Virus record (IMG/VR): IMGVR_UViG_3300046171_000179
DNA from: an uncultured virus (IMG/VR IMGVR_UViG_3300046171_000179)
Lineage: Duplodnaviria; Heunggongvirae; Uroviricota; Caudoviricetes; Crassvirales
Reading direction: 5' to 3' (one strand)
DNA length: 64,000 bases
Shown: in pieces, positions 1 to 9,896 of the stretch
Layout of the letters: each line of letters opens with the position of its first letter
Numbering within the stretch: the first letter of the stretch is position 1
Translations under genes and position numbers: made by a program
The notes under the pieces: generated by a model
What the model was told of the DNA's origin: nothing
Seen by the model: the letters and a program-made list of their open reading frames with translations, nothing else
Databases searched by the model: none

Positions 1-2
1 AA

Positions 3-44
3 ACAAAGATTACATATATCTTAATATAATGTATATATCTTTGT
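3..44. promoter_or_regulatory. Inverted repeat in AT-rich non-coding leader; contains TATCTTTG (Bacteroidota -7 element TAnnTTTG) at 36-43
   Basis: ACAAAGAT (3-10) / ATCTTTGT (37-44); no clear -33 element. Confidence 0.3.
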
Positions 45-313
45 GTATATGATAACATATGAGCATATTTATTGAATATATGATAATGATATGATATATT
101 TACATGACATATTGTCACATCGATATGTTATACGCAATAAAACTGTTAGTTTGTTGCAAATAATATAACAAATGTATTGTTTTATTATTAATATGGGGGT
201 ACTTTTTATATTGGTTTTTCTAACTGATTGATATTCAGTATAGTATATGTTATTCAATACCCCTCTATATGAAACACTTATTTCTAACTTAAGCCTTACG
301 GGTTTAAAAAAAA

Positions 314-529
314 ATGAGAAAGTTAATTGTTACCATATTGTTAATTCTATGTTACTCCTGTGGTTCTATTAAAGGCCAGGCGTATGTAGATGTTAACGAA
401 AATGTAGATTTTGAACAAGGTGAAGATCTTCGCTACCGTACCCGGTTTAAGGTTGGGTATAAGATATACATCGGAGAGAAGCACACACTAATAAAACAAA
501 AAGATGGCAAAGAAAGAAAAAGAAACTAA
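314..529 (+). CDS. Small putative lipoprotein
   Basis: MRK + hydrophobic stretch + YSC lipobox-like Cys. Confidence 0.55.
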   Translation: MRKLIVTILLILCYSCGSIKGQAYVDVNENVDFEQGEDLRYRTRFKVGYKIYIGEKHTLIKQKDGKERKRN

Positions 530-632
530 GAAAGAAGTAAAAGTTGAAGCTCCTAAGCTAGATACGGTTGTAAGACGCGACGGGTCTATAACAGTTAACA
601 ATAACTCTACATCACGTAGATATAAATCATAG
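504..632 (+). CDS. 42-aa hypothetical protein (MAKKEKETKK...RRYKS), not in ORF track
   Basis: Manual translation; A-rich leader; fills gap to next gene. Confidence 0.55.
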   Translation: MAKKEKETKKEVKVEAPKLDTVVRRDGSITVNNNSTSRRYKS

Positions 633-635
633 GCT

Positions 636-977
636 ATGGGTATAGGACCACAATCACTAGGCAAGGCGGGTATGAAAAAAGGTGTACACGCTTGCGGATC
701 ACCACTTACTAAAATGAGTGATAAAAGAAAAGCTAGAAAAAAAGCTAGGGCTGTTAAAAAATTAAAAGTACCTGCGGATTCTACTTTTTCCTCATTTGAT
801 GAATACGCGAAGAAAGAAGCTAGAAAATTAAGTGATTCACCTATGACAAAAAGAGGGCTATGGGATAATATACACGCTAAGCGTAAGCGTATAGCAAAAG
901 GCTCCGGGGAGAAGATGCGTAAGCCAGGATCAAAGGGTGCACCGTCAGCTAAAGCTCTTAAAGAGTCACAATCATAA
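636..977 (+). CDS. Small basic protein
   Basis: K/R-rich; C-terminal GLWDNIHAKRKRIAKGSGEKMRKPGSKGAP motif recalled from marine phage small proteins. Confidence 0.75.
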   Translation: MGIGPQSLGKAGMKKGVHACGSPLTKMSDKRKARKKARAVKKLKVPADSTFSSFDEYAKKEARKLSDSPMTKRGLWDNIHAKRKRIAKGSGEKMRKPGSKGAPSAKALKESQS

Positions 978-1189
978 TGGCTGTTAATAGAAAGAAACCA
1001 GGTATGTCTAACGCTGGTAAATATACTAGAGTTAAGAAAAATGATTTCGCAGGGCCTAAGGGTACTTACCCTATTAATACATTGGCAAGAGCAAAGTCTG
1101 CACTTAAGCTTGCTCACAATGCTGCAAACCCTGCTGCTATCAAAAGAAAAGTTTATGCTAAGTATCCACAATTAAAGAAAAGAAAATAA
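977..1189 (+). CDS. Small basic protein
   Basis: TAATG coupling; FAGPKGTYPINTLARAKSAL; K/R-rich. Confidence 0.75.
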   Translation: MAVNRKKPGMSNAGKYTRVKKNDFAGPKGTYPINTLARAKSALKLAHNAANPAAIKRKVYAKYPQLKKRK

Positions 1190-1195
1190 TTTGAT

Positions 1196-1636
1196 ATGAA
1201 ACTTCCATCTAACGGAGTAGCGAAAGAAATAAGACATTATGTTGGTTCGCTATTCATATTTCTATTTGTAATAGGAATAATCATAGTATTGATACAATTT
1301 CCAGTACTAGATACAAACAAAGAGGTGGTGATGATGCTAATAGGTACAATAAGTGCTAGCATCGGTATAGTGGTGGCAACGATAACCGGGGCAAAACCAG
1401 ATGATGTGACGGCTTTAAAAGCCTCATTAGAGAAAAAAGAACACCATATAGAGCTCTTGGTGTCTGCAAAAGACCAATTAGAACAAATGGTTATAAATTT
1501 GCAAAAGCAAATGCTAGAAAATCAAGATGCAGTTATGGATAAAATAATATTAAAAGCGGCAATGGATTTCGATGACAAAAACAATCCACCTAAATGTGAG
1601 TGTGGAGAGAAAGACAAAGATAAATGTGACTGTTAA
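1196..1636 (+). CDS. Membrane protein (2 TM + coiled coil)
   Basis: Two hydrophobic helices then heptad-like region; Cys-rich tail. Confidence 0.7.
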   Translation: MKLPSNGVAKEIRHYVGSLFIFLFVIGIIIVLIQFPVLDTNKEVVMMLIGTISASIGIVVATITGAKPDDVTALKASLEKKEHHIELLVSAKDQLEQMVINLQKQMLENQDAVMDKIILKAAMDFDDKNNPPKCECGEKDKDKCDC

Positions 1637-1645
1637 TCACAATAA

Positions 1646-1723
1646 GTCAGAAGGCAAAAGCCTGAAAGGTTACGAACAGAGGGTTCATTACAAAAAACCT
1701 TGAAGACGGTTAGACCATCTGGC
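1646..1723 (+). ncRNA. Candidate multi-stem structured RNA in intergenic region
   Basis: GTCAGA/TCTGGC closing stem; inner AGGC/GCCT, AAGGTT/AACCTT, GAAC/GTTC, GGT/ACC. Confidence 0.35.
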
Positions 1724-1752
1724 ATTTTAAAAACAAAAAAAATCAAAAAACT

Positions 1753-1968
1753 ATGAATAAGTACCAAGATAAAGAGGCGTCTATGGACGATTACTCTCAC
1801 GAACGTAAATTACGCATCGACGGGCGCTATGAAGCGGCTAAAGGAAAAATGGCTGCGGCAAAAAATGACTTTGATCATGCCCATGCACTTAAAAAAGATG
1901 CACACTTTGATGCAGTATCACGTAAAGGCGGTACTTTTCTATCAAAACACTGGAAACATAACTCATAA
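1753..1968 (+). CDS. Hypothetical His-rich protein
   Basis: 71-aa ORF, A-rich leader. Confidence 0.7.
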   Translation: MNKYQDKEASMDDYSHERKLRIDGRYEAAKGKMAAAKNDFDHAHALKKDAHFDAVSRKGGTFLSKHWKHNS

Positions 1969-1978
1969 ATAGAATATT

Positions 1979-2305
1979 ATGCCTAATTTTAAAAAAAGTG
2001 ATGGTTTTTCACTAGGTGGAAGCCCATTTACAATGAAAAAAGGCTCTAAAGAGCTAGATACTGAAAGTTCTTTTAGAGAAGAAGCTAAAAACAAAATGGG
2101 ATCTTATGGATCTCCATTATTTGCTATAAAAAGTGATGGTATAAACGCTGGACTTGACGCTATGGCACAATCAAAAAAAGATGGAGATGCTGCTAAAGAA
2201 GCTGGCATGGAATCTATAGGCAAAGGAGTTGAAGATGTCGGCAATGAAATTATAAGTGCAAAAACAGAAGAAGAAGAATCATCAATAGATAAAACAAATA
2301 CATAA
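1979..2305 (+). CDS. Hypothetical protein with GSPF/GSPL motifs
   Basis: 108-aa ORF in operon context. Confidence 0.7.
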   Translation: MPNFKKSDGFSLGGSPFTMKKGSKELDTESSFREEAKNKMGSYGSPLFAIKSDGINAGLDAMAQSKKDGDAAKEAGMESIGKGVEDVGNEIISAKTEEEESSIDKTNT

Positions 2306-2316
2306 AATAAAAAATC

Positions 2317-2793
2317 ATGCCATACGGAAAAGGAACTTACGGTTCAAAGGTTGGAAGACCTAAGAAAAAATCACCAGCTAAAAAATATGGAGCTAAAACT
2401 CCAGCAATGAAAAAGAAAAGTCCAGCTAAACGTGCTTTAGTGGGTAAACAAAAGAATTTACCTGAAAATATTAAAAAAGCTATTAAAGCTGCACCTACTA
2501 AAAAGAAAAGTCCAGCTAAAATGGTTAAGTCTTTTGGTAATGCAGGTATGGTGGGTACGGCTAAGAAAGCAGGTGTTAAAAAAGCTGCTAAAAAAACTAC
2601 AGCTAAAAAACAAGGTTATAATGATCGTCTTGACGAATCACTAGGAATGAGAAGAGGTAAAGCTTCTACTAAAACACAAAGCATGAAGTCTCGTAGAGAT
2701 GAAAGCAAAGGTGCTAAGAAAGCTGCTGGTAAAAGAGCATACTCTGGTAACAAATCTAGTGCGCAAGGTAAAAGATTAATGAGAAAGCGATAA
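2317..2793 (+). CDS. Histone-H1-like basic protein
   Basis: K/A-rich with repeated KKKSPAK. Confidence 0.75.
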   Translation: MPYGKGTYGSKVGRPKKKSPAKKYGAKTPAMKKKSPAKRALVGKQKNLPENIKKAIKAAPTKKKSPAKMVKSFGNAGMVGTAKKAGVKKAAKKTTAKKQGYNDRLDESLGMRRGKASTKTQSMKSRRDESKGAKKAAGKRAYSGNKSSAQGKRLMRKR

Positions 2794-2795
2794 CA

Positions 2796-3128
2796 ATGGG
2801 ATACCAGCAACCGTTTAAATTCAGTAACGGGAAATCACCTTTCACTAAGAAAGCTGAACCTAGAAGAACGATTGGCCCAGGTAAAAATTTCAATAAAGCA
2901 AATCCAACAGGTACTGGTGCAGCTGCAGGCGGGGGTATGACACAGAAAGGTGTTAACGAATATAAACGTAAAAACCCTGGTAGTAAATTAAAAACTGCAG
3001 TTACAACACCTCCTTCTAAATTAAAAAAAGGAAGTAAAGCTGCTGGTAGACGGAAATCATTCTGCGCAAGATCACGAGGCTGGACCGGTGAAAGAGGTCG
3101 AGCAGCTCGCCGCAGATGGAACTGCTAA
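2796..3128 (+). CDS. Basic protein, DUF6321-like
   Basis: GGMTQKG...GSKLKTAVT...RRKSFCARS...RRWNC pattern. Confidence 0.65.
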   Translation: MGYQQPFKFSNGKSPFTKKAEPRRTIGPGKNFNKANPTGTGAAAGGGMTQKGVNEYKRKNPGSKLKTAVTTPPSKLKKGSKAAGRRKSFCARSRGWTGERGRAARRRWNC

Positions 3129-3157
3129 AATAATAAAATTAAATTAAATCAAATTAA

Positions 3158-4735
3158 ATGGCACAATTCGGAGGCCCAAAGCTTGTCAAGGCTTTATACT
3201 TTGACAACGAGGCAAAAGAACAATTAGTAAAAGGTATAAATAAGATTGCTGATGCAGTTAGCTCTACATTAGGAGCTAGCGGTAGAACTGTAGTTATAGA
3301 AGACGATTTTGGTAACCCATATGTTACTAAAGACGGAGTAACTGTAGCTAATTCTATAATGCTTATGGATCCAGTAGAAAACTTGGGTGCATCAATGATG
3401 AAGCAAGCAGCACAACAGACAGCCAATATAGCCGGGGATGGTACCACCACCTCTATAGTACTGACTCAGGCTATTATTGACTGTTATAATAAATTAAAAG
3501 CAAAACAGTTTTCGTTCAGAGATATTAAAAGCGGAATTAATAAATTTAAAGATAACGTTGTAAAACTACTAGAATCCAAAGCGATTGATGTAGACGATAA
3601 AAAATTAGATGACGTATCTATAATTTCAGCCAACAATGACAAAAAGCTTGGCCTGCTTATCTCTGATGCTTTTAAAAAAGCTGGTGAAAATGGTATTGTT
3701 ACTATGGAAACCTCATCTACAAGTGATACTTATGTAGACGTTGTTGAAGGTACTAGATTAGGTTCTACTACTAAATCAGCACATTTTTTTACTAATAAAG
3801 AAAAAGAAATATCAGAACTTGATAATCCACTTATTTTTATTAGTGCTACAGATATACCTAATGTAAGAAAAATTCAGGACATCTTGGAGTATGCTATTAA
3901 GTCTAATCGCAGCATACTTCTTATTGCCCCACTAGAGTCGCAACCGCTTACAGCACTAGCGATGAACATGGTTAAAGGCAATATTAAGGTCAATGTAATA
4001 GATCCACCCAGCTTCGGACTTAAGCGTAAGGACATACTTGAAGATCTAGCATTGCTTGTCGGGGCTAAAGTTTTTGACGAAAGCCTCGGGGATTCGATTG
4101 ATTCGATAACCCCCGACATGTTAGGAGAAGCTGACAAAGCTATCTCAGATAAAGAAGGTACAGTACTTGTTATTTCAGAAAAATCAAAAGAAGTAACAGA
4201 GCGTATCGAATATTTAAAAACTGCTCTTGCTAAAGAAGATCATCATGTTTTAACTAAACATTTAAACGATCGATTAGCTTTATTATGTGGAGGTGTATCT
4301 ATTATATATGTAGGTGCTGACACAGAAGTAGAATTAAAAGAAAAGCAAGACAGAGTAGATGATGCAATACATGCGGTTAAGGCTGCACGTAAAGAAGGCA
4401 TACTACCAGGCGGAGGATCTGCATTAGCATATGCAGCTACTATGGACTGGGAGCATGAGCTTAATCAAGGCGAACTAGCTGGGCTAAATGTACTAAAAGA
4501 TGCATTAGTGGCACCATATACAAAAATATTAACGAACGCAGGACTTTCAGTACAAGAACATTCATTAAGTAAATGGGGTGAAGGTATTGATGTAACTTCT
4601 GGAACTAAAAAACAAATGATAAACGCAGGTATTATTGATCCGCTGCTTGTAACAAAGAGCGCACTTAATAATGCAATATCTGTAGCAACTACTATTTTAT
4701 CAACTGATTGTGTAATTTCAAATGTAAGAGAATAA
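3158..4735 (+). CDS. groEL: Chaperonin GroEL (Cpn60)
   Basis: TKDGVTVA, AGDGTTT, DDAIHAVKAA..EGILPGGG, GIIDP motifs; no GGM tail. Confidence 0.97.
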   Translation: MAQFGGPKLVKALYFDNEAKEQLVKGINKIADAVSSTLGASGRTVVIEDDFGNPYVTKDGVTVANSIMLMDPVENLGASMMKQAAQQTANIAGDGTTTSIVLTQAIIDCYNKLKAKQFSFRDIKSGINKFKDNVVKLLESKAIDVDDKKLDDVSIISANNDKKLGLLISDAFKKAGENGIVTMETSSTSDTYVDVVEGTRLGSTTKSAHFFTNKEKEISELDNPLIFISATDIPNVRKIQDILEYAIKSNRSILLIAPLESQPLTALAMNMVKGNIKVNVIDPPSFGLKRKDILEDLALLVGAKVFDESLGDSIDSITPDMLGEADKAISDKEGTVLVISEKSKEVTERIEYLKTALAKEDHHVLTKHLNDRLALLCGGVSIIYVGADTEVELKEKQDRVDDAIHAVKAARKEGILPGGGSALAYAATMDWEHELNQGELAGLNVLKDALVAPYTKILTNAGLSVQEHSLSKWGEGIDVTSGTKKQMINAGIIDPLLVTKSALNNAISVATTILSTDCVISNVRE

Positions 4736-4989
4736 TGGAAGCAATTGGTAATTACATAGTAATTGAAGAGATTCATGAAAACATCAAAAAGACTGATGGT
4801 GGTTTAGAACTCACAGAGAAGCTTATGGAGGACATTAGGTATCGGAAAGGTGTTATTATCTCTTCTGGTCCAGAGCTTCTTAAAAACGGCCAGAGGATAC
4901 TCTATGATCGCGTAGCAGGCTTTCCTGCAGAGTTTGATAATAAAATATACAAAGTTATCTCATTAAGAGATGTTGTAGCAATATTATAA
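4735..4989 (+). CDS. groES: Co-chaperonin GroES (Cpn10)
   Basis: Starts MEAIGNYIVI coupled to groEL stop; KTDGGLEL mobile loop; DVVAIL end. Confidence 0.9.
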   Translation: MEAIGNYIVIEEIHENIKKTDGGLELTEKLMEDIRYRKGVIISSGPELLKNGQRILYDRVAGFPAEFDNKIYKVISLRDVVAIL

Positions 4990-5438
4990 TGGAAAGATCT
5001 GATTTCGCACAACGTGGGGAATTAAAGGTTGATTTCCTAAAATATTATAGATTAGTATCCAGATGGGCAACAAAAAACAATGATTTAAATGTTGCTGATC
5101 TGGAACTATTGTTTTATTTAGATCCTATAGTTTATTTTACTATAGATGATTTTAAAACAGGCACATTGTTTTATACCTGGGATAAAGACAGGTTTTATCG
5201 ACTACAAAAAAATGGTTGGATAAATAAAATGCATGTAGGAAGAGGTATAAGAGGTGATCATAATAAATATAAAGTAAGCCAAAAAGGTAAATTACTTATA
5301 ACAAAAATATATCGTATTTTAATTGGCGAAGAAGACTTGCCTTATTCAGCACGTAGAAATAAAATAATGAAACGTGAAACGTATATAGATAAAGTATACA
5401 GCCAAGCTATAAAAGAATTTAACAAACAAAAAAAATAA
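4989..5438 (+). CDS. Putative winged-helix protein
   Basis: LELLFYL...RLQKNGWI...YKVSQKGK resembles MarR-type wHTH. Confidence 0.5.
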   Translation: MERSDFAQRGELKVDFLKYYRLVSRWATKNNDLNVADLELLFYLDPIVYFTIDDFKTGTLFYTWDKDRFYRLQKNGWINKMHVGRGIRGDHNKYKVSQKGKLLITKIYRILIGEEDLPYSARRNKIMKRETYIDKVYSQAIKEFNKQKK

Positions 5439-5440
5439 AA

Positions 5441-5998
5441 ATGGCAAAAATAACAATGACTACTACAGTCAACACACAAACAGGAGCACCTATTAACACG
5501 TTTGCTATTGGTGTAAATGATATAATTAAGTCTGTAGTATTAAGACCTAAGATGTGTGCTGGTGCATATATGTATACTCAAGAAGCACTTGCTTTAACAG
5601 TAGCTGATGGATCTCAAGCAACAGCTACAATTCCTGGAAGTGATCCAACACCGATAGCAGGAAGAGGCGCTACCATGACTGTGGAATCTTCTACAATTGC
5701 AGCAACAACTTATACCGAAGGAATAGACTTTACTTTAAGCGGTAAAACTATTACTTTTACAACGCCTTATACGGGAACTGGTAAAACTACCACTATCACT
5801 TATGATTATTATGATACTAATGCTGCTAATCTTGTATATGATATACCAGTATATCCATCAAACACTAAAGGAGTTATTACAATGGATGGTTTAAACTTAA
5901 TTGTTTGGAATGAAGGTATATTAGCACAAGAAGTAAAAGCTTGGGCTGACACTGCTACAGCAAACGGAGTAATAGAAGCTTTAATAACAGATCAATAA
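5441..5998 (+). CDS. Putative virion structural protein
   Basis: Thr-rich, EGIDFTLSGKTITFTTP beta motif. Confidence 0.6.
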   Translation: MAKITMTTTVNTQTGAPINTFAIGVNDIIKSVVLRPKMCAGAYMYTQEALALTVADGSQATATIPGSDPTPIAGRGATMTVESSTIAATTYTEGIDFTLSGKTITFTTPYTGTGKTTTITYDYYDTNAANLVYDIPVYPSNTKGVITMDGLNLIVWNEGILAQEVKAWADTATANGVIEALITDQ

Positions 5999-6006
5999 AA
6001 TAAAAA

Positions 6007-6159
6007 ATGAAAAAAGGAACAAAATTAAGTATTGACCCTAGAGACACGTTTACTAAAGGTCTTAATATAGAACAAGCAAAAGTTACAAACCCAAATCAAT
6101 CTATGCCTATTACTCAAAAAGTAAAAATGGGTAGCGGTGGAACTAAATTAAAAGGATAA
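6007..6159 (+). CDS. 50-aa hypothetical protein, not in ORF track
   Basis: MKKGTKLSIDPRD...PITQKVK...; exactly fills gap. Confidence 0.6.
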   Translation: MKKGTKLSIDPRDTFTKGLNIEQAKVTNPNQSMPITQKVKMGSGGTKLKG

Positions 6160-6160
6160 A

Positions 6161-8275
6161 ATGGCTAAGATCAGTACATATACGATAGACTCTATTATAG
6201 AAGGTAGCGATAAGTTACTTGGTACTGATTCTGCGTCAACTTCAGCACTTGCAACAAGAAATTATACAATTGACAGCTTAAAGGCTTATATTCAAACTGG
6301 ATCTCCTGCTAACATTACAGATACAATACCTCTTGGTTTTGCACTTACTGTAAATAGAGAAGGTACAGCGTATGAAAGAGCTTTAGTAAGAACCCTTGCG
6401 GGATCTACTCTTACTAATGTTGTTCTTAAAAGTGCTACAGTTAATACAGGTTCAGATATATATTTAAACACACTTGGCTCCGGTCAAGTTTTTTTAATTA
6501 TAAGAGATTACAATAATGGCCAGTTTGCTGTTGATTATGACTTAGCAGATTTTGCAGCTAATTCAGCAACATTTACAGGTGTTATAGGTGGCGTTACTCA
6601 TTCAGGTACAGTTACTACTTTTAATGCGCCTGATTTTTCAAACGCTAGTCCAGCAGCTAACGATACTCAATATGTAGGTTCTGGTTCAACTAAATATACA
6701 GACTGGGCATTTAATGTAACATTAGACGCAGGTCAAACCTATACAGGTGGTCAAGTAGCATTTACGGAATTTACTTTTTTAACAGGCGCTACACAAATAG
6801 AAACTCAAGCTATAGGTACGCTAAAAGTAACGCGTAATATTGAAGTTCCAGATGGTGATGTTACTATTGGTACATCAAGTCCTACAACAGATCCTCGTAA
6901 TCTTACAGTGTATGGTGATGTTAAACTACCTACATCTGAAAGTAGAATAAAATTTGGTGGAGATACTAACAATGTACTTATGAGTACAGATGGTAACGAT
7001 CTTACTGTTTCAGCCACTGGAACTGGATCTAACCTTGTTGCTAATCCTACTAGATTTACTCAAGATATAGTAAAAGACACTAATACTACTTCTACTGATG
7101 GTAGAACCATCATGGGTCAAAATACATTTACAGCTATTAACACTGATGGCACTAGAGGTGTGCTTTCTAATCAAGGTGTTGAACTACAGAACTCTTCAGG
7201 TGTTGCTTTAGCTGAACAACAAGTATCAGGTAATGCATCTCAAGGTAGTTTAACAAATCAAGGTTATCTTACATCTTTAAAAGTAGATAATAATTGGTTT
7301 CAACTACCAGCATTATCATCAGGTGTAGCAGAAGCTTTACCAGGACTTAGCGAAACTTTAGCTGGTCCATCAGGAGCTATAACTACAGGCCGTTTTTTTT
7401 ACGGTATACAAAATGCTGCAGGAGCTCTTTTCCAAGCAGCCACATCACCAACCTCACTTACAACAGGTGAATCTATTGGTGCAAATGACACTTCAATAAC
7501 TATAACGTCTGGTAACAGGACAGATTTTGCCGCTATGTTTGCGGCTATTCCTGCAGGACAAAAGTTATATTTTGTTGAAAGTACATATACTACAGCATTT
7601 CCATCTGCAGGAGGGCAAATGTTGGATCAATCTATTAATATGTATATGGCTGTTGCTTATGATACAGGAACTTACATATTTACATTTGGTAAACAAGGGT
7701 ATGGTACACTTAATGTTTCAACAAGTACTTTTAATATTGATTCAGAAACTGTTAAGCTAAATAGCATACCACAAGCTGCTAAGTCAAATTATTTATATTA
7801 CGATACAGCCACAAAAGCTGTTTCTCATAATCCACTTAGTGTACTTGGATCTGCTAATGGCGCTACATATGATTATGGCGGTAATACTGATGTACCTGTT
7901 GTATCAATAGATTTTGATAACTTTATAATATCAGCGCCTGCTAATGGTATTGTTACTTTAAAACAAGGGCATACTTTTGGTGGTACTTTAACAGCAGATA
8001 CTGTTGCTACAAATTACAATCATTATATATTAAGTAATATAACAGCTGATAAAACTTTAACTCTTCCTGCAGGAACTGTAGATGATAGTATAAAGTTAAC
8101 TAATATGTCTTCTTTAGATGCTTCTGGCGCGTATGTACAACCATCATACACGTGGTCAATAGCAACAAATGGTTCAGATAAAATAATGCGAGCTAATAGT
8201 TTAACTCTTGATGCTTCTACAGAATCTTTTGAACTATTATATACAGATGCTGCTAACGGATGGGTAATAAATTAA
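6161..8275 (+). CDS. Tail fibre/structural protein
   Basis: MAKISTY...DKLLGTD N-terminus shared with 10990 ORF; C-terminal TLTLPA..D.IKL...GW fibre-junction-like domain. Confidence 0.75.
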   Translation: MAKISTYTIDSIIEGSDKLLGTDSASTSALATRNYTIDSLKAYIQTGSPANITDTIPLGFALTVNREGTAYERALVRTLAGSTLTNVVLKSATVNTGSDIYLNTLGSGQVFLIIRDYNNGQFAVDYDLADFAANSATFTGVIGGVTHSGTVTTFNAPDFSNASPAANDTQYVGSGSTKYTDWAFNVTLDAGQTYTGGQVAFTEFTFLTGATQIETQAIGTLKVTRNIEVPDGDVTIGTSSPTTDPRNLTVYGDVKLPTSESRIKFGGDTNNVLMSTDGNDLTVSATGTGSNLVANPTRFTQDIVKDTNTTSTDGRTIMGQNTFTAINTDGTRGVLSNQGVELQNSSGVALAEQQVSGNASQGSLTNQGYLTSLKVDNNWFQLPALSSGVAEALPGLSETLAGPSGAITTGRFFYGIQNAAGALFQAATSPTSLTTGESIGANDTSITITSGNRTDFAAMFAAIPAGQKLYFVESTYTTAFPSAGGQMLDQSINMYMAVAYDTGTYIFTFGKQGYGTLNVSTSTFNIDSETVKLNSIPQAAKSNYLYYDTATKAVSHNPLSVLGSANGATYDYGGNTDVPVVSIDFDNFIISAPANGIVTLKQGHTFGGTLTADTVATNYNHYILSNITADKTLTLPAGTVDDSIKLTNMSSLDASGAYVQPSYTWSIATNGSDKIMRANSLTLDASTESFELLYTDAANGWVIN

Positions 8276-8279
8276 CAAC

Positions 8280-8594
8280 ATGGGACTAACAATAGATTTA
8301 CCAAGCGCTGGACTCCTAGGGATATCAGGCGCACAAGCATTTGAAATAACATCTAATACCACAATGGGTATTAATAAGATATACGTTTGTAAACAAGCAC
8401 CAGATTTTACAATAACACTTCCAACAACAATAACTGCTGATGGAGGCGAAGTACTTGTAAAAAAGGTAGGTTCACAAACCGTAACAGTAACCGCGGCTTT
8501 AATCGAGGGTACTAATCAATCACTAACAATAACTAACAACCAAGCGGTAAGATTTGTATATATCAACGCTACTTTTGGTTGGTTAATAACTTAA
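8280..8594 (+). CDS. Small fibre-associated protein
   Basis: TITLP...GW domain paralogous to 6161 C-terminus. Confidence 0.65.
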   Translation: MGLTIDLPSAGLLGISGAQAFEITSNTTMGINKIYVCKQAPDFTITLPTTITADGGEVLVKKVGSQTVTVTAALIEGTNQSLTITNNQAVRFVYINATFGWLIT

Positions 8595-8597
8595 GCT

Positions 8598-8825
8598 ATG
8601 CCAGACGTTAAAACATTTTATCCTGGTGCAACAGCAGGAAATCCAATAAACAATGCTACTGATGCTGTTAATTCAACTAACGCAACAACCGCAACAACTG
8701 CAACGGTAGGTGATTCTATAGATGATCAAAACCAAACTCCAAACGCTCTTGTTTGGACAGGTACAGCTGCTGAATATGCAGCTCTTGGTTCTAAAGATGC
8801 GAACACACTTTATTTCGTAATATAA
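8598..8825 (+). CDS. Fibre hinge/adaptor protein
   Basis: C-terminal WTGTAAEYAALGSKDANTLYFVI. Confidence 0.65.
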   Translation: MPDVKTFYPGATAGNPINNATDAVNSTNATTATTATVGDSIDDQNQTPNALVWTGTAAEYAALGSKDANTLYFVI

Positions 8826-9724
8826 TGCCAATATACAAGGGAACTAACGAAGTTACCAGTGGAAACTTATATAAAGGATCTACTGAGATTCAAGATGGCT
8901 ATAAAGCCACTAGTCCTTTTTATACTAATGAAACAACTATAACTTTTAGTAATTTCACTGTAAATGCATCTGGCACTACAATCACACCAGCAATTTCTTC
9001 TATAACAGGAGTTCCTGGAGCGTCTTGGAGTACTACTTTTACTATAACTGCACCTTCTGGAAAAGGAGTTGGAGGAACTGGAGGCACATATGGTACAACA
9101 TCATATAGTTGGACACCTAATACTGCTATAGTGCCTAGCATAAGTGGTAGTAGCGGTAGAGCTACTAATGTTATGACATATAGTTTATCAGGAACATTTC
9201 CATCTCAAAGTTCAACTCTTTCAGTTAATGTAAATAATATAGTAATATATAATTCTCCAGGTTTAAGTTTTACAGGCCCTAGTTCAAGCTCAGGCAATAT
9301 AACTGGATTTGCATTTACTTGGGCAGGCTCTGGTAAAGGTGTTATAAGCTACGGCGGGTATTATCCAGCGGCTAGCGATCCACTATACCCAGCAAACTTT
9401 CATGATAATGTAAATGTATTTGTAGGTAATCAAGGAAGTTCAGCACAAGTAGATTTTAGCAACACCCCTATGTCATCTAGTATTTTTGGACCAGTCGGAA
9501 TAAGCTCAAATTCAACAGGAGGAAATAAAACACCTTCAACTGCTCAATATTATGGTGTAGGCGGTAATACTGGAGCGTCAACTAACTTAGGTAATTTTAG
9601 TGTAGATGGTGTTTTTGGAACAACTCAAACTGTAGGTAGTACATCAATTTCATTTTCAGTTTTAGTAGATGACGTAAATTATTATATGGCAGAAAGTAGT
9701 TCTATATCTGTTACGATAACTTAA
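8825..9724 (+). CDS. Putative receptor-binding/fibre protein
   Basis: N-terminal IYKG..LYKG..GYK repeats; S/T/G-rich body. Confidence 0.65.
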   Translation: MPIYKGTNEVTSGNLYKGSTEIQDGYKATSPFYTNETTITFSNFTVNASGTTITPAISSITGVPGASWSTTFTITAPSGKGVGGTGGTYGTTSYSWTPNTAIVPSISGSSGRATNVMTYSLSGTFPSQSSTLSVNVNNIVIYNSPGLSFTGPSSSSGNITGFAFTWAGSGKGVISYGGYYPAASDPLYPANFHDNVNVFVGNQGSSAQVDFSNTPMSSSIFGPVGISSNSTGGNKTPSTAQYYGVGGNTGASTNLGNFSVDGVFGTTQTVGSTSISFSVLVDDVNYYMAESSSISVTIT

Positions 9725-9740
9725 AATAAAAAAATAAAAA

Positions 9741-9893
9741 ATGGCAAATTTAACAAACATAATAGGTGGTCAACCGTACTATGATGCCACTAATGCAAAC
9801 TCAGAATCTTTATTAAATTTCTGGAAAGGTACACAAACTCAATATGATGCTATAGGCACTAAAGATCCTCAAACATTATACTTAATTACATAA
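9741..9893 (+). CDS. 50-aa hinge/adaptor paralog, not in ORF track
   Basis: Ends FWKGTQTQYDAIGTKDPQTLYLIT, paralogous to 8598 ORF. Confidence 0.75.
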   Translation: MANLTNIIGGQPYYDATNANSESLLNFWKGTQTQYDAIGTKDPQTLYLIT

Positions 9894-9896
9894 TAA

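Noticed and set aside
69..257. 62-aa minus-strand ORF
   Set aside because: AT-rich, isolated, non-protein-like; probably non-coding control region
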